From: Candidatus Multivoradales bacterium
GTDB taxonomy: Bacteria; Acidobacteriota; Thermoanaerobaculia; Multivoradales; J023
Direction of reading: 5' to 3'
Assembly (NCBI GenBank): GCA_965248925.1
Contig: CBDFLE010000006.1
Location: 4,864,001 to 4,928,000, forward strand
Length of the DNA: 64,000 nt
Numbering within the stretch: the stretch's first letter is position 1; each line of letters starts with the position of its first letter. The position numbers were made by a program, and so were the translations under genes. The notes beneath the pieces are model-generated. The model was given only the letters and a program-made list of their open reading frames with translations. It searched no databases and was not told the origin of the DNA. Below are positions 18,355 through 29,025 of the stretch, in pieces.

Positions 18355-20715
18355 GTGATTCGCCGCAGACTGTGTGCCCTGATTGTTCTTGGAGTGGTAG
18401 CCGTCGGCCCCACCTTGGCCTTCGCGCAGCAGCCAAATACCCTCGATATCGGAGTCCTTGCCGACGAAATGGGCGCGCAATCAGAGCAGGCCCTCAGCCG
18501 CCTGGTCGACGAGATCACCGCGGTGGTAGGCACCGATGCGACGATCCGTTTCTCGGTCGAGAATCTGCTGCAGACGGACTACGACCTGGGTCGCGCGCAG
18601 GCGATGTATCAGGCTCTGCTCGACGGCACTCCAGATGTCATTCTGGCGTTTGGACCGGTCAGCGCGCAGGCCGTGGCCAGTCGATCTGACTATCCGAAGC
18701 CGACTATACTCTTCGGCGCCGTCAACCGTGACCTCGTCGCCTTCGACGAAGAACGGACCGGTTCTGGCATCAGCAATTTCACCTATGTCGTCACTTCGCA
18801 GTCCTACGCCAGCGATCTGGCGACTTTTCGCACCCTCCACGCTTTCGACAATGTGGGTGTGGCGTTGCCGGGGGATCAGCTAGCGGTGCTGCCGGTGCGG
18901 CAGGCGTTGGAGCGAGAGTTTGCCGCTTCAGGCGGATCGTTCGAGCTGATTTCCTACAGTTCTCCGGCCAGCCTCGACCCATATCTCGGTACCATCGATG
19001 CCTTCTACCTGGCCGACGGTTGGGGCATTCCCGAAGCTGAAATCCGCGCCATCGCGACCAAGCTGATCGAACACCGCATCCCCTCGTTTTCGGGATCGCG
19101 TCGTCAGGACGTTGAGATGGGGCTCATGGCCACGACCCATCCCGAGGAGAACGTCACTCAGCTGTTCCGGCGCATCGCCCTTCATGTGGAGGCGGTGGCA
19201 AATGGTGAGGATCTCTCCGAGCGTCCCATCTTTGTCGATTTTTCCGAGCGCTTGACGGTGAACTTCAACACCGCCCAACGAGTCGGCGTTCCGCTGCGCT
19301 ACAGCCTGATCGCGACGACTGAATTTGTCGGTGATTTCGTCAATGTTCTGGCCGAACAGACTTACGAACTCGCCGATCTCGTGGATCAGGCCCTGGCTGA
19401 GAACCTGGTCATCAGAGCCGGGCGCCGAGATGTCGATCTGGCACAGCAGGAGCTACGGGTGGCTCGTAGCTCCTACCTCCCGGCGCTCTCGGCGCAGGGC
19501 ACGGCCAGCACGGTCGACCAGCGCTTGGCGGAAATTTCCGGCGGCCAGAATCCGCAGTACTCAACCTCGGCCTCGATGGTCTTGAACCAATTGCTCTATT
19601 CTCCCGGCGCGCGCGCCAACATCGACATCCAGCGAAAGCTGCTCGAGGCTCAGCAACAGAACCTGCGCGCGGCGGAGCAAGACCTGGTTCTGGAAGCTGC
19701 GAATGCCTTCTTCAACGCGCTCACGGCGAGAGCCAGCGTTCGCATCCAAAGCGAGAATCTAGAAGTTACCAGGCGAAATCTCAGGGTCGCGGAATCGAAC
19801 TTTTCGGCCGGCCAGTCTGGGCGAGGAGACGTGCTACGCCTGCGCAGCAATGCTGCTCGCGACATGCAGTCGCTGATCGAGTCGATCAATCGACTAGAGC
19901 AGGCGTTCTATACGATCAATGAGCTGTTGGACAACCCGGTCAATCGGCAGATTGACATCCGCGATCCTCTAGACGATGGAGATCCCTCCTCGAGGGAGGG
20001 ATTCGGCCAGCTGAGTGCCTTAATGGACGATCCCTCTAGTCGCGTACTTTTTGAAGACTATCTGGTGGCCAAGGCGCTTGAAAACGCGCCCGAACTCACT
20101 GCCATCGACTTCAATCGGGCAGCCGTGGACCGCACTATCGCGCTGCAGGGCAAGCAGAGATTCCTGCCGCAGATTGCCGCCTTTGCCCAATATGATCACA
20201 CCATAGATCAAGGAGGCGCGGGGACTCCAGACTCGGCCCTTCCCTCCCAGGACGGCTTCTACAGTGCTGGCGTGAACTTCTCTTTTTCGCTTTTCGATTC
20301 CAATTTGCGGAACATTGACCGCCAGAGCGCTCAGTTACAACGCGATCAACTGGACTTGAATCATCAGTCGACAACGCTGGCCATCGAAAAACGCGTCCGC
20401 GACGTAGTCTTGGAATTGATCAACCAGCTCACCAACATCGAGCTATCCGGCGTCTCGGAGGAGGCCGCCGCCGAGAGCTTGGAGCTAACCCAGGCTGCCT
20501 ACAGCTATGGCTCGGTGGGTGTGGTGGACCTGCTCGACGCGCAAACCAATCTGTTGCAGGCGCAACAGGCTCAAGTCAGCGCTGCCTATGGTTTTATGTC
20601 GACCGGGATGAGTCTCGGTCGGTTGGTGGGCCATTTCTTCATTCTCAGTTCGGAGGCCGAGAACCAAGAGTTCTTTGGCGGCTTCCAGGCTTTTTCGGGA
20701 ATAGCATCGAGGTGA
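18355..20715 (+). CDS. TolC-family outer membrane protein with N-terminal ABC substrate-binding-like domain
   Basis: Signal peptide; ~330-aa N-domain ending LTVNFNTAQRVG; two OEP-like repeats (YLPAL, FLPQI, DLLDAQ); start uncertain (18310/18355). Confidence 0.85.
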   Translation: MIRRRLCALIVLGVVAVGPTLAFAQQPNTLDIGVLADEMGAQSEQALSRLVDEITAVVGTDATIRFSVENLLQTDYDLGRAQAMYQALLDGTPDVILAFGPVSAQAVASRSDYPKPTILFGAVNRDLVAFDEERTGSGISNFTYVVTSQSYASDLATFRTLHAFDNVGVALPGDQLAVLPVRQALEREFAASGGSFELISYSSPASLDPYLGTIDAFYLADGWGIPEAEIRAIATKLIEHRIPSFSGSRRQDVEMGLMATTHPEENVTQLFRRIALHVEAVANGEDLSERPIFVDFSERLTVNFNTAQRVGVPLRYSLIATTEFVGDFVNVLAEQTYELADLVDQALAENLVIRAGRRDVDLAQQELRVARSSYLPALSAQGTASTVDQRLAEISGGQNPQYSTSASMVLNQLLYSPGARANIDIQRKLLEAQQQNLRAAEQDLVLEAANAFFNALTARASVRIQSENLEVTRRNLRVAESNFSAGQSGRGDVLRLRSNAARDMQSLIESINRLEQAFYTINELLDNPVNRQIDIRDPLDDGDPSSREGFGQLSALMDDPSSRVLFEDYLVAKALENAPELTAIDFNRAAVDRTIALQGKQRFLPQIAAFAQYDHTIDQGGAGTPDSALPSQDGFYSAGVNFSFSLFDSNLRNIDRQSAQLQRDQLDLNHQSTTLAIEKRVRDVVLELINQLTNIELSGVSEEAAAESLELTQAAYSYGSVGVVDLLDAQTNLLQAQQAQVSAAYGFMSTGMSLGRLVGHFFILSSEAENQEFFGGFQAFSGIASR

Positions 20716-21818
20716 CAAACCTGACCATGAAAACACCCAGAATCCGAAGCGCGCTATTAGGTGGAATGGCGCTGCTCGCCGCGGCATGTGGCAGCAGCGA
20801 GGTGGAAGAGGAGCGAGCCCCGCGGCCGGTGCGCCAGCATGTGGTGGGCTATGCCGAGGGCGCCGTGGCTCGCACCTTCAGCGGCACCGCCGAAACCGGA
20901 AGAATCGTCAATCTCAGTTTTCGCAGCGGCGGCGTGATCACCAAGTTCGATGTTCGGCTAGGGCAAACGGTCCGCGCTCGTCAACTGCTCGCTCGCCTCG
21001 ACAACGTCGCCGCGCGACTCGCCTATGAACAGGCCATCTCGGCGCTGAATAGCGCTGCCTCGCAGATGAACACCGCCAAGTTGGCGCTCGACCGAACCCG
21101 TTCCCTGTACGAGGTCGGCACTGCTTCGCTCGGTGATTTGGAGAGCGCCAAGAATTCGTTCCGTACCGCCGAGGCCAGTCACGAGTCGAATCGAAGGAGC
21201 GTCGAGATCCAGCAGGATCAGCTCCAGTTTGGCTTCATCTACGCTCCCGAAGCGGGCACCATTGCCGCCGTGACCGCCGAGATCAACGAGAATGTGAGCG
21301 CCGGGCAGACGGTCGCGGTGCTCAATGCCGGCAGTGAGATGGAAATCGCCCTGGGGCTGCCCGAGAGTGTGATCAATCGAGTGAATTCGAGCATGGAGGT
21401 CGGAGTCTCGTTCTCTGCGCTGCCCGATCAGCCCTTCAGCGGGCGGGTTACGGAGGTTTCGCCTTCGGTCGATTCTTCGACGGCGACCTATCCGGTACGC
21501 ATCACCATCGACGATCCGTCGGTGGACATTCGCACCGGGATGGCGGCCAACGTGGTGTTCGACTTTGGCTCCGGGGAGCCGGCCAATAGTGCGTTGGTGG
21601 TGCCATCCAACTCGGTTGGCGAAGACTCCCAGGGTCGCTTCGTTTTTGTGATTCAGCGCGGCGAGGGTGACCATGCCGCGGTGCAAAAGCGGCACGTTAC
21701 GGTCGGTCCGCTGACCGCCGAGGGCTTTGTGATTCGGGAGGGCTTGGACGCTGGTCAGTCGATCGCTACCGCCGGCCTTCAGACTCTCTTGGACGGCCAG
21801 CTTGTGCGGGTCCAATAG
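20712..21818 (+). CDS. RND efflux periplasmic adaptor (MFP) lipoprotein
   Basis: LAAAC lipobox, lipoyl-like halves, coiled hairpin, GM.A.V. Confidence 0.93.
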   Translation: MTNLTMKTPRIRSALLGGMALLAAACGSSEVEEERAPRPVRQHVVGYAEGAVARTFSGTAETGRIVNLSFRSGGVITKFDVRLGQTVRARQLLARLDNVAARLAYEQAISALNSAASQMNTAKLALDRTRSLYEVGTASLGDLESAKNSFRTAEASHESNRRSVEIQQDQLQFGFIYAPEAGTIAAVTAEINENVSAGQTVAVLNAGSEMEIALGLPESVINRVNSSMEVGVSFSALPDQPFSGRVTEVSPSVDSSTATYPVRITIDDPSVDIRTGMAANVVFDFGSGEPANSALVVPSNSVGEDSQGRFVFVIQRGEGDHAAVQKRHVTVGPLTAEGFVIREGLDAGQSIATAGLQTLLDGQLVRVQ

Positions 21819-21830
21819 GAGCGATGGAGG

Positions 21831-24800
21831 ATGAACCTAGCCCGGTTTTCCATTGAGAAGAGCAGGATCACCGTCATGGTCCTGGCCACCATCGTCATCA
21901 TGGGATTGGTCACCTACGGCGGCCTTGCTCGCGACAGCATGCCGCCATACACCGTGCGAGTTGCCACGGTTGTTTCTTCTTTTCCGGGAGCAAGTCCCGA
22001 GCGGATAGAACAGCTGGTTACCGACAAGATAGAAAAAATTACCCAAGAACTGCCGGAGCTCAAAGAAGTCACGAGTACTTCGCGCACCGGCTTGTCGATT
22101 GTCTCCGTGACTCTCAAGAACGAAGTCGATCCGAAGCAGTTACAACCGGTCTGGGACCGCCTGCGCCGCAAGCTGCAGCAGATGGACGATCTGCCGTCCG
22201 GCGTCTCCCCCAGTCTCAAAGACGACGGCATCGGCGATGTCTACGGCATCGTCGTCGCGCTGACCAGCGATGGTTTTTCCTACGGCGAAATGAGGGACCG
22301 GGCAGATGAGCTGCGCAATGCGCTGATCAGACTCGAAAGTGCCGCCAAGGTCGAAATCGGTGGCATCCAAGACGAGCGAGTGTTCGTCGAGTTCGACAAC
22401 GCGTCCCTGCGCGAGTACAACCTCTCCGCAAGTATTTTGCAGAATTCGATCGGCGCCACGAACATCCTCAGTTCCGGCGGCCAGATCAATCTCGAAGACG
22501 AACGGATAGTCCTCGAGCCGACCGGTAACTTCAATGCCATCGACGACATCAAGAAAACTCTGGTTCCGGTCGGCGACGGTAGTCAGCTGGTCTATCTAGA
22601 AGACATCGCTACGGTGCGCAGAGGCTACGCCGACCCTCCGACGCAGCTCGTTCGGGTCAACGGCCGCGAGGCTTTGACCCTGCATGTGAACCTGAAGCGT
22701 GGCGCCAACATCATCACCCTGGGTCAGCAGGTCGACCTAGTGGTTGACGCCTGGGGGAGGCAGCTACCTATCGGCTTGGAGGTTCAGCGAGTAGCGTCAC
22801 AGGATCGCTACATCGATTCGAAGGTCAGTTCCTTCATTGTCAATCTGCTGCAAGCGATTGTCATCGTGCTGGTGGTGATGGTGCTGTTTCTCGGCCTGCG
22901 CACCGGGCTGGTGATTGCTAGCCTGATTCCGATTGTCACCATCATGACCCTGATGCTGATGGGAGTGCTTCACATCGGGCTCAATCAGGTGACGCTGGCT
23001 GCTTTGATCATGGCCTTGGGCATGATGGTCGACAACGCAATTGTCGTTGCCGAGTCGGTAGCGGTGAGGATGGAAGAAGGCGTTGCTCCCAAGCAAGCAG
23101 CGATCGATTCCTGTGCCGAATTGTTCACTCCGCTGCTGATCTCCACGTTGACCACCTGCGCGGCTTTCTTGGCTTTCTACCTGGCTGAGTCAGTGATGGG
23201 CGATATCGTGGGTCCCATTTTCGTGGTGATTTCGCTGGCGCTGCTGTCCTCGTGGCTAGTAGCGCTGACCGTAGTCACGATGTTCTGCTTTCTGTTTCTG
23301 CGCGCAAGTACTACTCAGAAGTCGAGCTTTGTCGACCGGGTGATTCTCAAGCTGAAAGCGATCTATAAGGACCTCATCCTGATGGCGTTGGCGCGCAAAT
23401 ACGTCGTGGTGGTGGGAGTCATGGGCCTCTTTGCCATTTCGCTGGTCGGATTCGGCTTGATCCCATTTGTGTTCTTCCCGGACAGCGATCGCAACCTGGT
23501 TACGGTAGATATCAATCTACCACTGGGTACTCGGATTGAACGAACGGCCGAGATCGTCGGCCAATTCGAGCAATTCATGGCGGAGTCGATGCGGGTCGAG
23601 GATGGGGATTCAGCCGGGGTCTTGGATTGGTCGTCCTTCATTGGCCAGGGGCCTGATTCGTACGACATGGGTTATTCTCCCGATGAGGCTAACTCCGGCT
23701 ACGCCCACTTATTGGTGACCACCTCCGCTTTCGAGCACAACAACGCCGTTGTTTCACGTCTCGACGATTTCGGCTTCAATGCATTTCCCAATGCCGATAT
23801 CAAGGTCGGCGTGCTGGGCTCGGGGGGCGGTGGCACGCCGATCGAGATCAAGGTGTCGGGCTCGGATCCTGATGTGTTGGCGCAGATTGCTGAGCAGGTC
23901 AAGCTGCGGCTCTCGGCGATCCGTGGCACCAAGAACGTCAAAGACGATTGGGGTCCCAAGAGCAAGAAATTCGTGGTAGCTATCGATCAATCAAGAGCCC
24001 AGGCCGCGGCGGTGACTAGTCAAGATATCGCCACCTCCTTGCGCACCGTGTTGGATGGGTTCAACACCGGTGAGTACCGTGAAGGTGACAAGTCCATTCC
24101 GATCTTGATGCGCAGCACCACCAGTCAGCAGCAAACCTTGGCGGCGCTCGAGACGATGAACGTTTTCGCTCAGAATAGCGGTGCGAGCGTGCCCTTGTTG
24201 CAAGTGGCCAAAGTGGTTCCAGAGTGGCAGTATTCGAGGATCAAACGCCTCGACTTGAATCGCACGGTGACGATCTCCAGCGAGTTGGTAGCGACCGGGA
24301 ATGCAGCCGAGGTGGCGGCTGAAATTACGCCGTTCCTTGACGAGGAAGCCAAGACTTGGCCAGCGGGCTACGGCTACGAGCTAGGCGGCGATGCGAAAAG
24401 CACGGCCGAGAACATGGGGGCCGTCGTCAAGTACCTGCCCCTCTCGGGGTTTATTATTGTTTTGTTGCTGATCATCCAATTCAACTCAGCGCGTAAAATG
24501 GTCATGGTGGTGATGACTATTCCGCTAGCCGTCATCGGCGTCGTAGTCGGCTTATTGGTGTTCCGCGAGCCCTTTGGTTTTATGCCTTTTCTCGGGGTGA
24601 TTTCTCTCGCTGGCATCGTCATCAACAATGCCATCGTCTTGCTGGACCGTATCCAGATCGAGCAGACGGAACTCAAACGCAACGAACAAGACGGCGTCAT
24701 CATGGCCTGCTTGCAACGGTTCCGGCCGATCATGCTGGCCACCTTCACCACCGTCTTTGGCCTCCTTCCTCTCTATTTGAGCGGCGGCGAAATGTGGGAG

Positions 24801-24935
24801 GGGATGGCGATTGGCATCATGGTGGGCCTGATGTTCGGCACGATCATCACCCTTGTTTTCATCCCGTCGCTGTATAGCATTCTGTTCAAAGTGGACTACC
24901 GTGGCTATCAGTTCGGAGATACCGAGTCCTCCTAG
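21831..24935 (+). CDS. RND efflux permease (AcrB/AcrD/AcrF family)
   Basis: 1034 aa; PGASPE.IE, GMMVDNAIVV.E, GIVINNAI, RFRPIML. Confidence 0.96.
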   Translation: MNLARFSIEKSRITVMVLATIVIMGLVTYGGLARDSMPPYTVRVATVVSSFPGASPERIEQLVTDKIEKITQELPELKEVTSTSRTGLSIVSVTLKNEVDPKQLQPVWDRLRRKLQQMDDLPSGVSPSLKDDGIGDVYGIVVALTSDGFSYGEMRDRADELRNALIRLESAAKVEIGGIQDERVFVEFDNASLREYNLSASILQNSIGATNILSSGGQINLEDERIVLEPTGNFNAIDDIKKTLVPVGDGSQLVYLEDIATVRRGYADPPTQLVRVNGREALTLHVNLKRGANIITLGQQVDLVVDAWGRQLPIGLEVQRVASQDRYIDSKVSSFIVNLLQAIVIVLVVMVLFLGLRTGLVIASLIPIVTIMTLMLMGVLHIGLNQVTLAALIMALGMMVDNAIVVAESVAVRMEEGVAPKQAAIDSCAELFTPLLISTLTTCAAFLAFYLAESVMGDIVGPIFVVISLALLSSWLVALTVVTMFCFLFLRASTTQKSSFVDRVILKLKAIYKDLILMALARKYVVVVGVMGLFAISLVGFGLIPFVFFPDSDRNLVTVDINLPLGTRIERTAEIVGQFEQFMAESMRVEDGDSAGVLDWSSFIGQGPDSYDMGYSPDEANSGYAHLLVTTSAFEHNNAVVSRLDDFGFNAFPNADIKVGVLGSGGGGTPIEIKVSGSDPDVLAQIAEQVKLRLSAIRGTKNVKDDWGPKSKKFVVAIDQSRAQAAAVTSQDIATSLRTVLDGFNTGEYREGDKSIPILMRSTTSQQQTLAALETMNVFAQNSGASVPLLQVAKVVPEWQYSRIKRLDLNRTVTISSELVATGNAAEVAAEITPFLDEEAKTWPAGYGYELGGDAKSTAENMGAVVKYLPLSGFIIVLLLIIQFNSARKMVMVVMTIPLAVIGVVVGLLVFREPFGFMPFLGVISLAGIVINNAIVLLDRIQIEQTELKRNEQDGVIMACLQRFRPIMLATFTTVFGLLPLYLSGGEMWEGMAIGIMVGLMFGTIITLVFIPSLYSILFKVDYRGYQFGDTESS

Positions 24936-24954
24936 AGCGCCTGTTGGAGTAGCC

Positions 24955-25620
24955 ATGTGGTCAGAATCTCAGATCAAGCATACTGAAGGTTGGGGCTATC
25001 CCATCCTGCTGACCCTGCTGCTGGCAATGTTTGTGGTTCAGGCTTGGGCCAGCCATTTGGCGATGGGTGACGCCCTGGTGCAACTCACCTACAGCGCCAT
25101 CATTGTAGGTGCTTTGATCGTGGTCAAACTCAGGCGTTGGTTCATGGTTAGTGGACTGGCACTGGTTGTCATCGGTGTCGTTCTCGACCAGGTCGCAGGG
25201 ACCTCCGCAGATCCTGCCTCCGTACTGTCGAGCGGGTGTTCGCTAGCAGTGCTGCTGATCGTGATAGGTATTCTCTTGGCTGATGTGCTGCGGCATCCCC
25301 ATGTAACCGTGGGTACCATCAGCGGTTCGATTTGTGTCTTCGTCTTGATCGGCATTGCGTGGACGTTGATGTACACCATCGCGGACCAGCTCCTGCCGGA
25401 TGCCTTTCATGGCCTGGTGGCTGGGGAGGGCCAGCAGCGCTCTGGCGAGTTGTTCTACTTCAGCTTCGTGACTCTCACGACTCTCGGCTACGGTGACATC
25501 ACGCCAGCTCGTCCCGAGACGATGTCGCTGGCGACTCTCGAGGCCGTTGTTGGCCAGCTCTACCTGGTGGTGATGGTGGCTAGCTTCGTCGGCAGGCGGG
25601 GTGAGAAGGCCGTCAGGTAG
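24955..25620 (+). CDS. Potassium channel family protein
   Basis: YFSFVTLTTLGYGDITP pore motif, multiple TM helices. Confidence 0.9.
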   Translation: MWSESQIKHTEGWGYPILLTLLLAMFVVQAWASHLAMGDALVQLTYSAIIVGALIVVKLRRWFMVSGLALVVIGVVLDQVAGTSADPASVLSSGCSLAVLLIVIGILLADVLRHPHVTVGTISGSICVFVLIGIAWTLMYTIADQLLPDAFHGLVAGEGQQRSGELFYFSFVTLTTLGYGDITPARPETMSLATLEAVVGQLYLVVMVASFVGRRGEKAVR

Positions 25621-25913
25621 GCGCTTTTCAGAGCCTTTCGGCGGATTGGCGACATCCGCGCAAAGCTCGTCTGCAGGCATGCAATCGTCGCCGGCCCGGA
25701 CTTGCAACAGCTTGGTCCACGCAAAAGCCGGGCGAGAGCGTGTTCGTCACGACAGACCCAACGCGGGGATGTCCCCACGCCGGAGCCCAGCGCGCCGCTC
25801 TTCCCCCCACTTTCGCCACCCCAGACTCGAACCTACGCCGCCGTAACTGTTCGCTCTTTTTCACAGTCATTGACCAGGTTCAGCGCTGGATCTCGCGTCC
25901 TTTCTAAACGGAT

Positions 25914-26222
25914 GTGCTGACCTATGGCTTCAATATTAGAAGCTCGGCGACATGGGACAAGTACCTTTCGCCGCTTGCCGCGTCCGAATTCCATAGCACT
26001 CGGTTCTATATCGACTCGGGATTCGACACCGGCAAAGAGCCGTCGATCCAATACGTGGCCGGTCCTAACAACTATCTCACGACGACCGTCACGGCCACGC
26101 CGCGCTCTGATGTGACGCTCACTTACTACCTGCAAGTTTGCAAGCTCAAACTGAACAACGGGGTCATCGCGCCAGTTGGGGCTTACGGAATCGACCCAAC
26201 GATCACGATCAAGGCCGCCTAG
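25914..26222 (+). CDS. Hypothetical protein or fragment
   Basis: Beta-rich, protein-like composition only. Confidence 0.35.
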   Translation: MLTYGFNIRSSATWDKYLSPLAASEFHSTRFYIDSGFDTGKEPSIQYVAGPNNYLTTTVTATPRSDVTLTYYLQVCKLKLNNGVIAPVGAYGIDPTITIKAA

Positions 26223-26227
26223 AAGCG

Positions 26228-27142
26228 TCAGGGTCGGAGTTCGCGACCGCTTGCCAGTGGGTCCATCAGGCTCAGCTGTGGCGCCGCGCCGGTTTGTGCG
26301 GCAAAGGCCAGCGGCAGGTCGGTGCTGTTGGCGCCTGCTATTGTGCTGCTGCCACTGATCGAGGCGTTGTCGTTACTCAGGAAATAGATGCCGGTCGCTG
26401 AGTCGTAGAAACCGAGGGTCACCGAGCCGCTGCTGTCCCAATCACCGGTGACTGGCTTGAGTTTTGTAGAACCGAGCACTAAATCCTGCACCAAGATTCC
26501 GGAGGGCTGCGTGAGCTGTAGATGAGCTCGGCCAGTGGCCGGATCGAAGAATGCCAGCTCGGTCTTGCCGTCGCCGTCTCAATCATCGTGGATCGCCGTC
26601 CAACCGATCAGGTCGAGTCCGCTGTCAAGTTCCAGGCATTCGAGTTTGCCGTGAGAGCCCTCGCAGAGCACAAAGCGGGAGAGGAAACTGGCGAATGCTG
26701 CGAGTTCTCCCGCCGGATCGTCATTCCAATCGCCAGCGATGGGCTGAAAGCGAACGCTGACCCGAATAGAGACCTGCGCCGCTAGCCGTAGGTGGCCATC
26801 GAGCCTGCTCTGCCAACTGTAGGTGAAGACATCGAAGCCGACGAAGCCGGCAGCTGGCTGATAGTAAAACTCTCCGCGACCGCCCCTCAACCTACCGTTT
26901 AGGGGACGGTCGATGATCACTATCGCCGCCGGATCTGAAGGCCCCTGGAAGTCGTTGTTGAGCAGGCGACTGCCACTGAACTCCAGGGGTACGTCGCTAG
27001 CGGTGACCAACAAATCGGCATTGACTGTCGGTTGGGACAGAAAATCGGACTTTGCAAGCTCTCCGGCAACTGGGTTTGCAAGACCGAGACAGACGACACC
27101 AAGACAAAATCCAGCAAGGGACTTCCGGAAATGAAACCTCAT
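26228..27142 (-). pseudogene. Secreted Ig-like + GDWDGDG (FG-GAP/VCBS-like) repeat protein with in-frame TGA at 26579-26581
   Basis: LLNND, Y.P..GF.G.D.FTY; repeats PIAGDWND, IHDD*DGDGKTEL, PVTGDWDS all in one frame. Confidence 0.75.
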
Positions 27143-27209
27143 GGTGACTCTCTCTAGTTGATGGTTTCAAGGCACTTCTTAGATTCCAATGCCGATGCAG
27201 AGGCGACAG

Positions 27210-28850
27210 CTACTGAATGTACGAGACCTTCTGCCAGGAGACATAGTCGTCGAACTCCAAGGAGCCCTGGGTGCCATCGTCGACCCCGAGGGCGCCGAAG
27301 TAGAAAATCTCCACCACCCGGCCGGTGTTCTGAATTCCCAGCGCTTCGTCGACGAAGACACCGTCAAGGAAGAGGCGCACGTAGCCATCGTCAACATCAC
27401 TGGCAGTGGCTGCCCGCCACCGCATCTCGACCAAATGCTCGCCGCGAGTCAGCTGTTGCCAGGCGGTCTTGGCGAGGACTCCGGCGTCATCTTTGGCGTC
27501 GGCGCGGATCTCGAAGTCGTTGCCCACCGGCTGCAAACGTAGGTGCAGGTGATTATTGGCGGCGGGGTCGTCCGCATAACCGATCAACAGGTGTAATTGG
27601 TCACCAGCGGCCATGATGAGTCCGGAGGTGTCGACGCTGAAGCGGGTGGACAACTCGGTCGCGTTGGTGGGGCCGGGTTCGCGCAGGTAGGCGCCCCAGC
27701 CCAGGGTGCCGTTGAGGCTGAGCACTAGGGTTTCGGCGGAGGGTGAGATCGAGACGCTGCCTGCCGCTTGGGTCACCGCTTCCCAGGCACTCAAGTCACC
27801 ATCGAAGTCTTCGGCCAATAGCAGGATCCACATCGGGCTGACGGTGCTGCGGGCGACTTTCAAATAGTCGACCATGATGTTCTGCTGGATGTAGGGGACC
27901 CCATCGAGCTGGCCGATGGCGAGGCCATTCATGGCTCCTCCTTCGAGATCTGTTGGCACCATCTCGAGCAGGGCGCGGTCATCGGCCCAGACTCGCAATA
28001 GCCCATCACCTAGGGTCGAAGCCTCCAGACGCAGGCGGCGGACACCTTGTTTGAGCACCGGGGCATTGTTGGGGTTGGTGAGCGCGTAGGTGCCCTCGCC
28101 ATCGATGTCGAAGCGTCCTTGCAGCACCGTCTTGTTCGAGGAGTAGCCCACCCGAACTTCGGCAATTGACTTGCCCTGCGGGTTGAGGGTGCTGAGCAGA
28201 GACCAAAAACCCGGATCCGGCGGCGTCACGATGCCGCCTCCTGGCGGCGGCGGAATGTCGATGGTGACGTGGATCTCGCCGCTCGAACCGTTGCCCTGTG
28301 GCACGCCATGATTTGGGATGCCGAGAGCTTCGGCGTCGAAGGAACCATGGCCTGGTGGTGAAACAGGAGTGACCTCGCGGTAGATGCCGAGCGCCCCAAC
28401 CATGGCGCCCGCGGCACTGATCTCCAGGGGGTCGCCGTGGGTGACCGGCAGCGGCTCGTTGTTCTCGAAGCTCGACACCAACACCAGGTTGTGATCGATC
28501 GCGACCAACAGCACGGTGACGTTGCCGGAACCGAGGCCGCCGCTCCAGCTGATCTCGAAGCGGTCGTGGCCGTGGCTCCAGAAGTCGAGAGCTGGGGAGA
28601 AGGCCAGCGAGCCGCCCGCCGGATCGACTTTGAGCGAGCCGTGGGTAGGGGCCTGCTCGACGGTGACTATGTCGGCGCTCATCGGCACTCCGGCGGCTGC
28701 CCAGGTAAAGTTGCTCGTGCCGGTCCGTTGTACCGAGAGCGGGCCGGTGGGCGCCGCCCCCACGGCAGCCGTTGCTAGCCAGCAGAGGCCCACGGCTAAC
28801 AGCCACCGCGCTGCTGGGTGAACTGGTGGATTGTGTTTGCAGTTCGTCAT
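27210..28850 (-). CDS. Secreted protein with Ig-like and two ConA/LamG-like domains
   Basis: GGAGAG RBS, signal peptide, PTHGSL..F.P..F..D.F, internal LLAEDFDGDLSAW, DG.VRLFLDG. Confidence 0.7.
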   Translation of the reverse strand: MTNCKHNPPVHPAARWLLAVGLCWLATAAVGAAPTGPLSVQRTGTSNFTWAAAGVPMSADIVTVEQAPTHGSLKVDPAGGSLAFSPALDFWSHGHDRFEISWSGGLGSGNVTVLLVAIDHNLVLVSSFENNEPLPVTHGDPLEISAAGAMVGALGIYREVTPVSPPGHGSFDAEALGIPNHGVPQGNGSSGEIHVTIDIPPPPGGGIVTPPDPGFWSLLSTLNPQGKSIAEVRVGYSSNKTVLQGRFDIDGEGTYALTNPNNAPVLKQGVRRLRLEASTLGDGLLRVWADDRALLEMVPTDLEGGAMNGLAIGQLDGVPYIQQNIMVDYLKVARSTVSPMWILLLAEDFDGDLSAWEAVTQAAGSVSISPSAETLVLSLNGTLGWGAYLREPGPTNATELSTRFSVDTSGLIMAAGDQLHLLIGYADDPAANNHLHLRLQPVGNDFEIRADAKDDAGVLAKTAWQQLTRGEHLVEMRWRAATASDVDDGYVRLFLDGVFVDEALGIQNTGRVVEIFYFGALGVDDGTQGSLEFDDYVSWQKVSYIQ

Positions 28851-29025
28851 TTCTCTCTCCTTGGTCCCGAGCCCCGCCCCCAACAGGTGTGACTCCCTCT
28901 GCTCTAAAACGCGAAGTTTCGCCCTCAAACTTGCAATCTTTTTTATACTCCTGAACCATAATAGAATCGAGCGGGCGGACTGGCAACGAAAGCCCTCGTC
29001 CTATCGCTCACCGGGTCGACCCACG

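Noticed and set aside
17117-26581. Stop-codon reassignment (TAG/TGA read as Trp, Sec or Pyl)
   Set aside because: Two different stops are involved, both end many normal genes here, and TGG is used throughout
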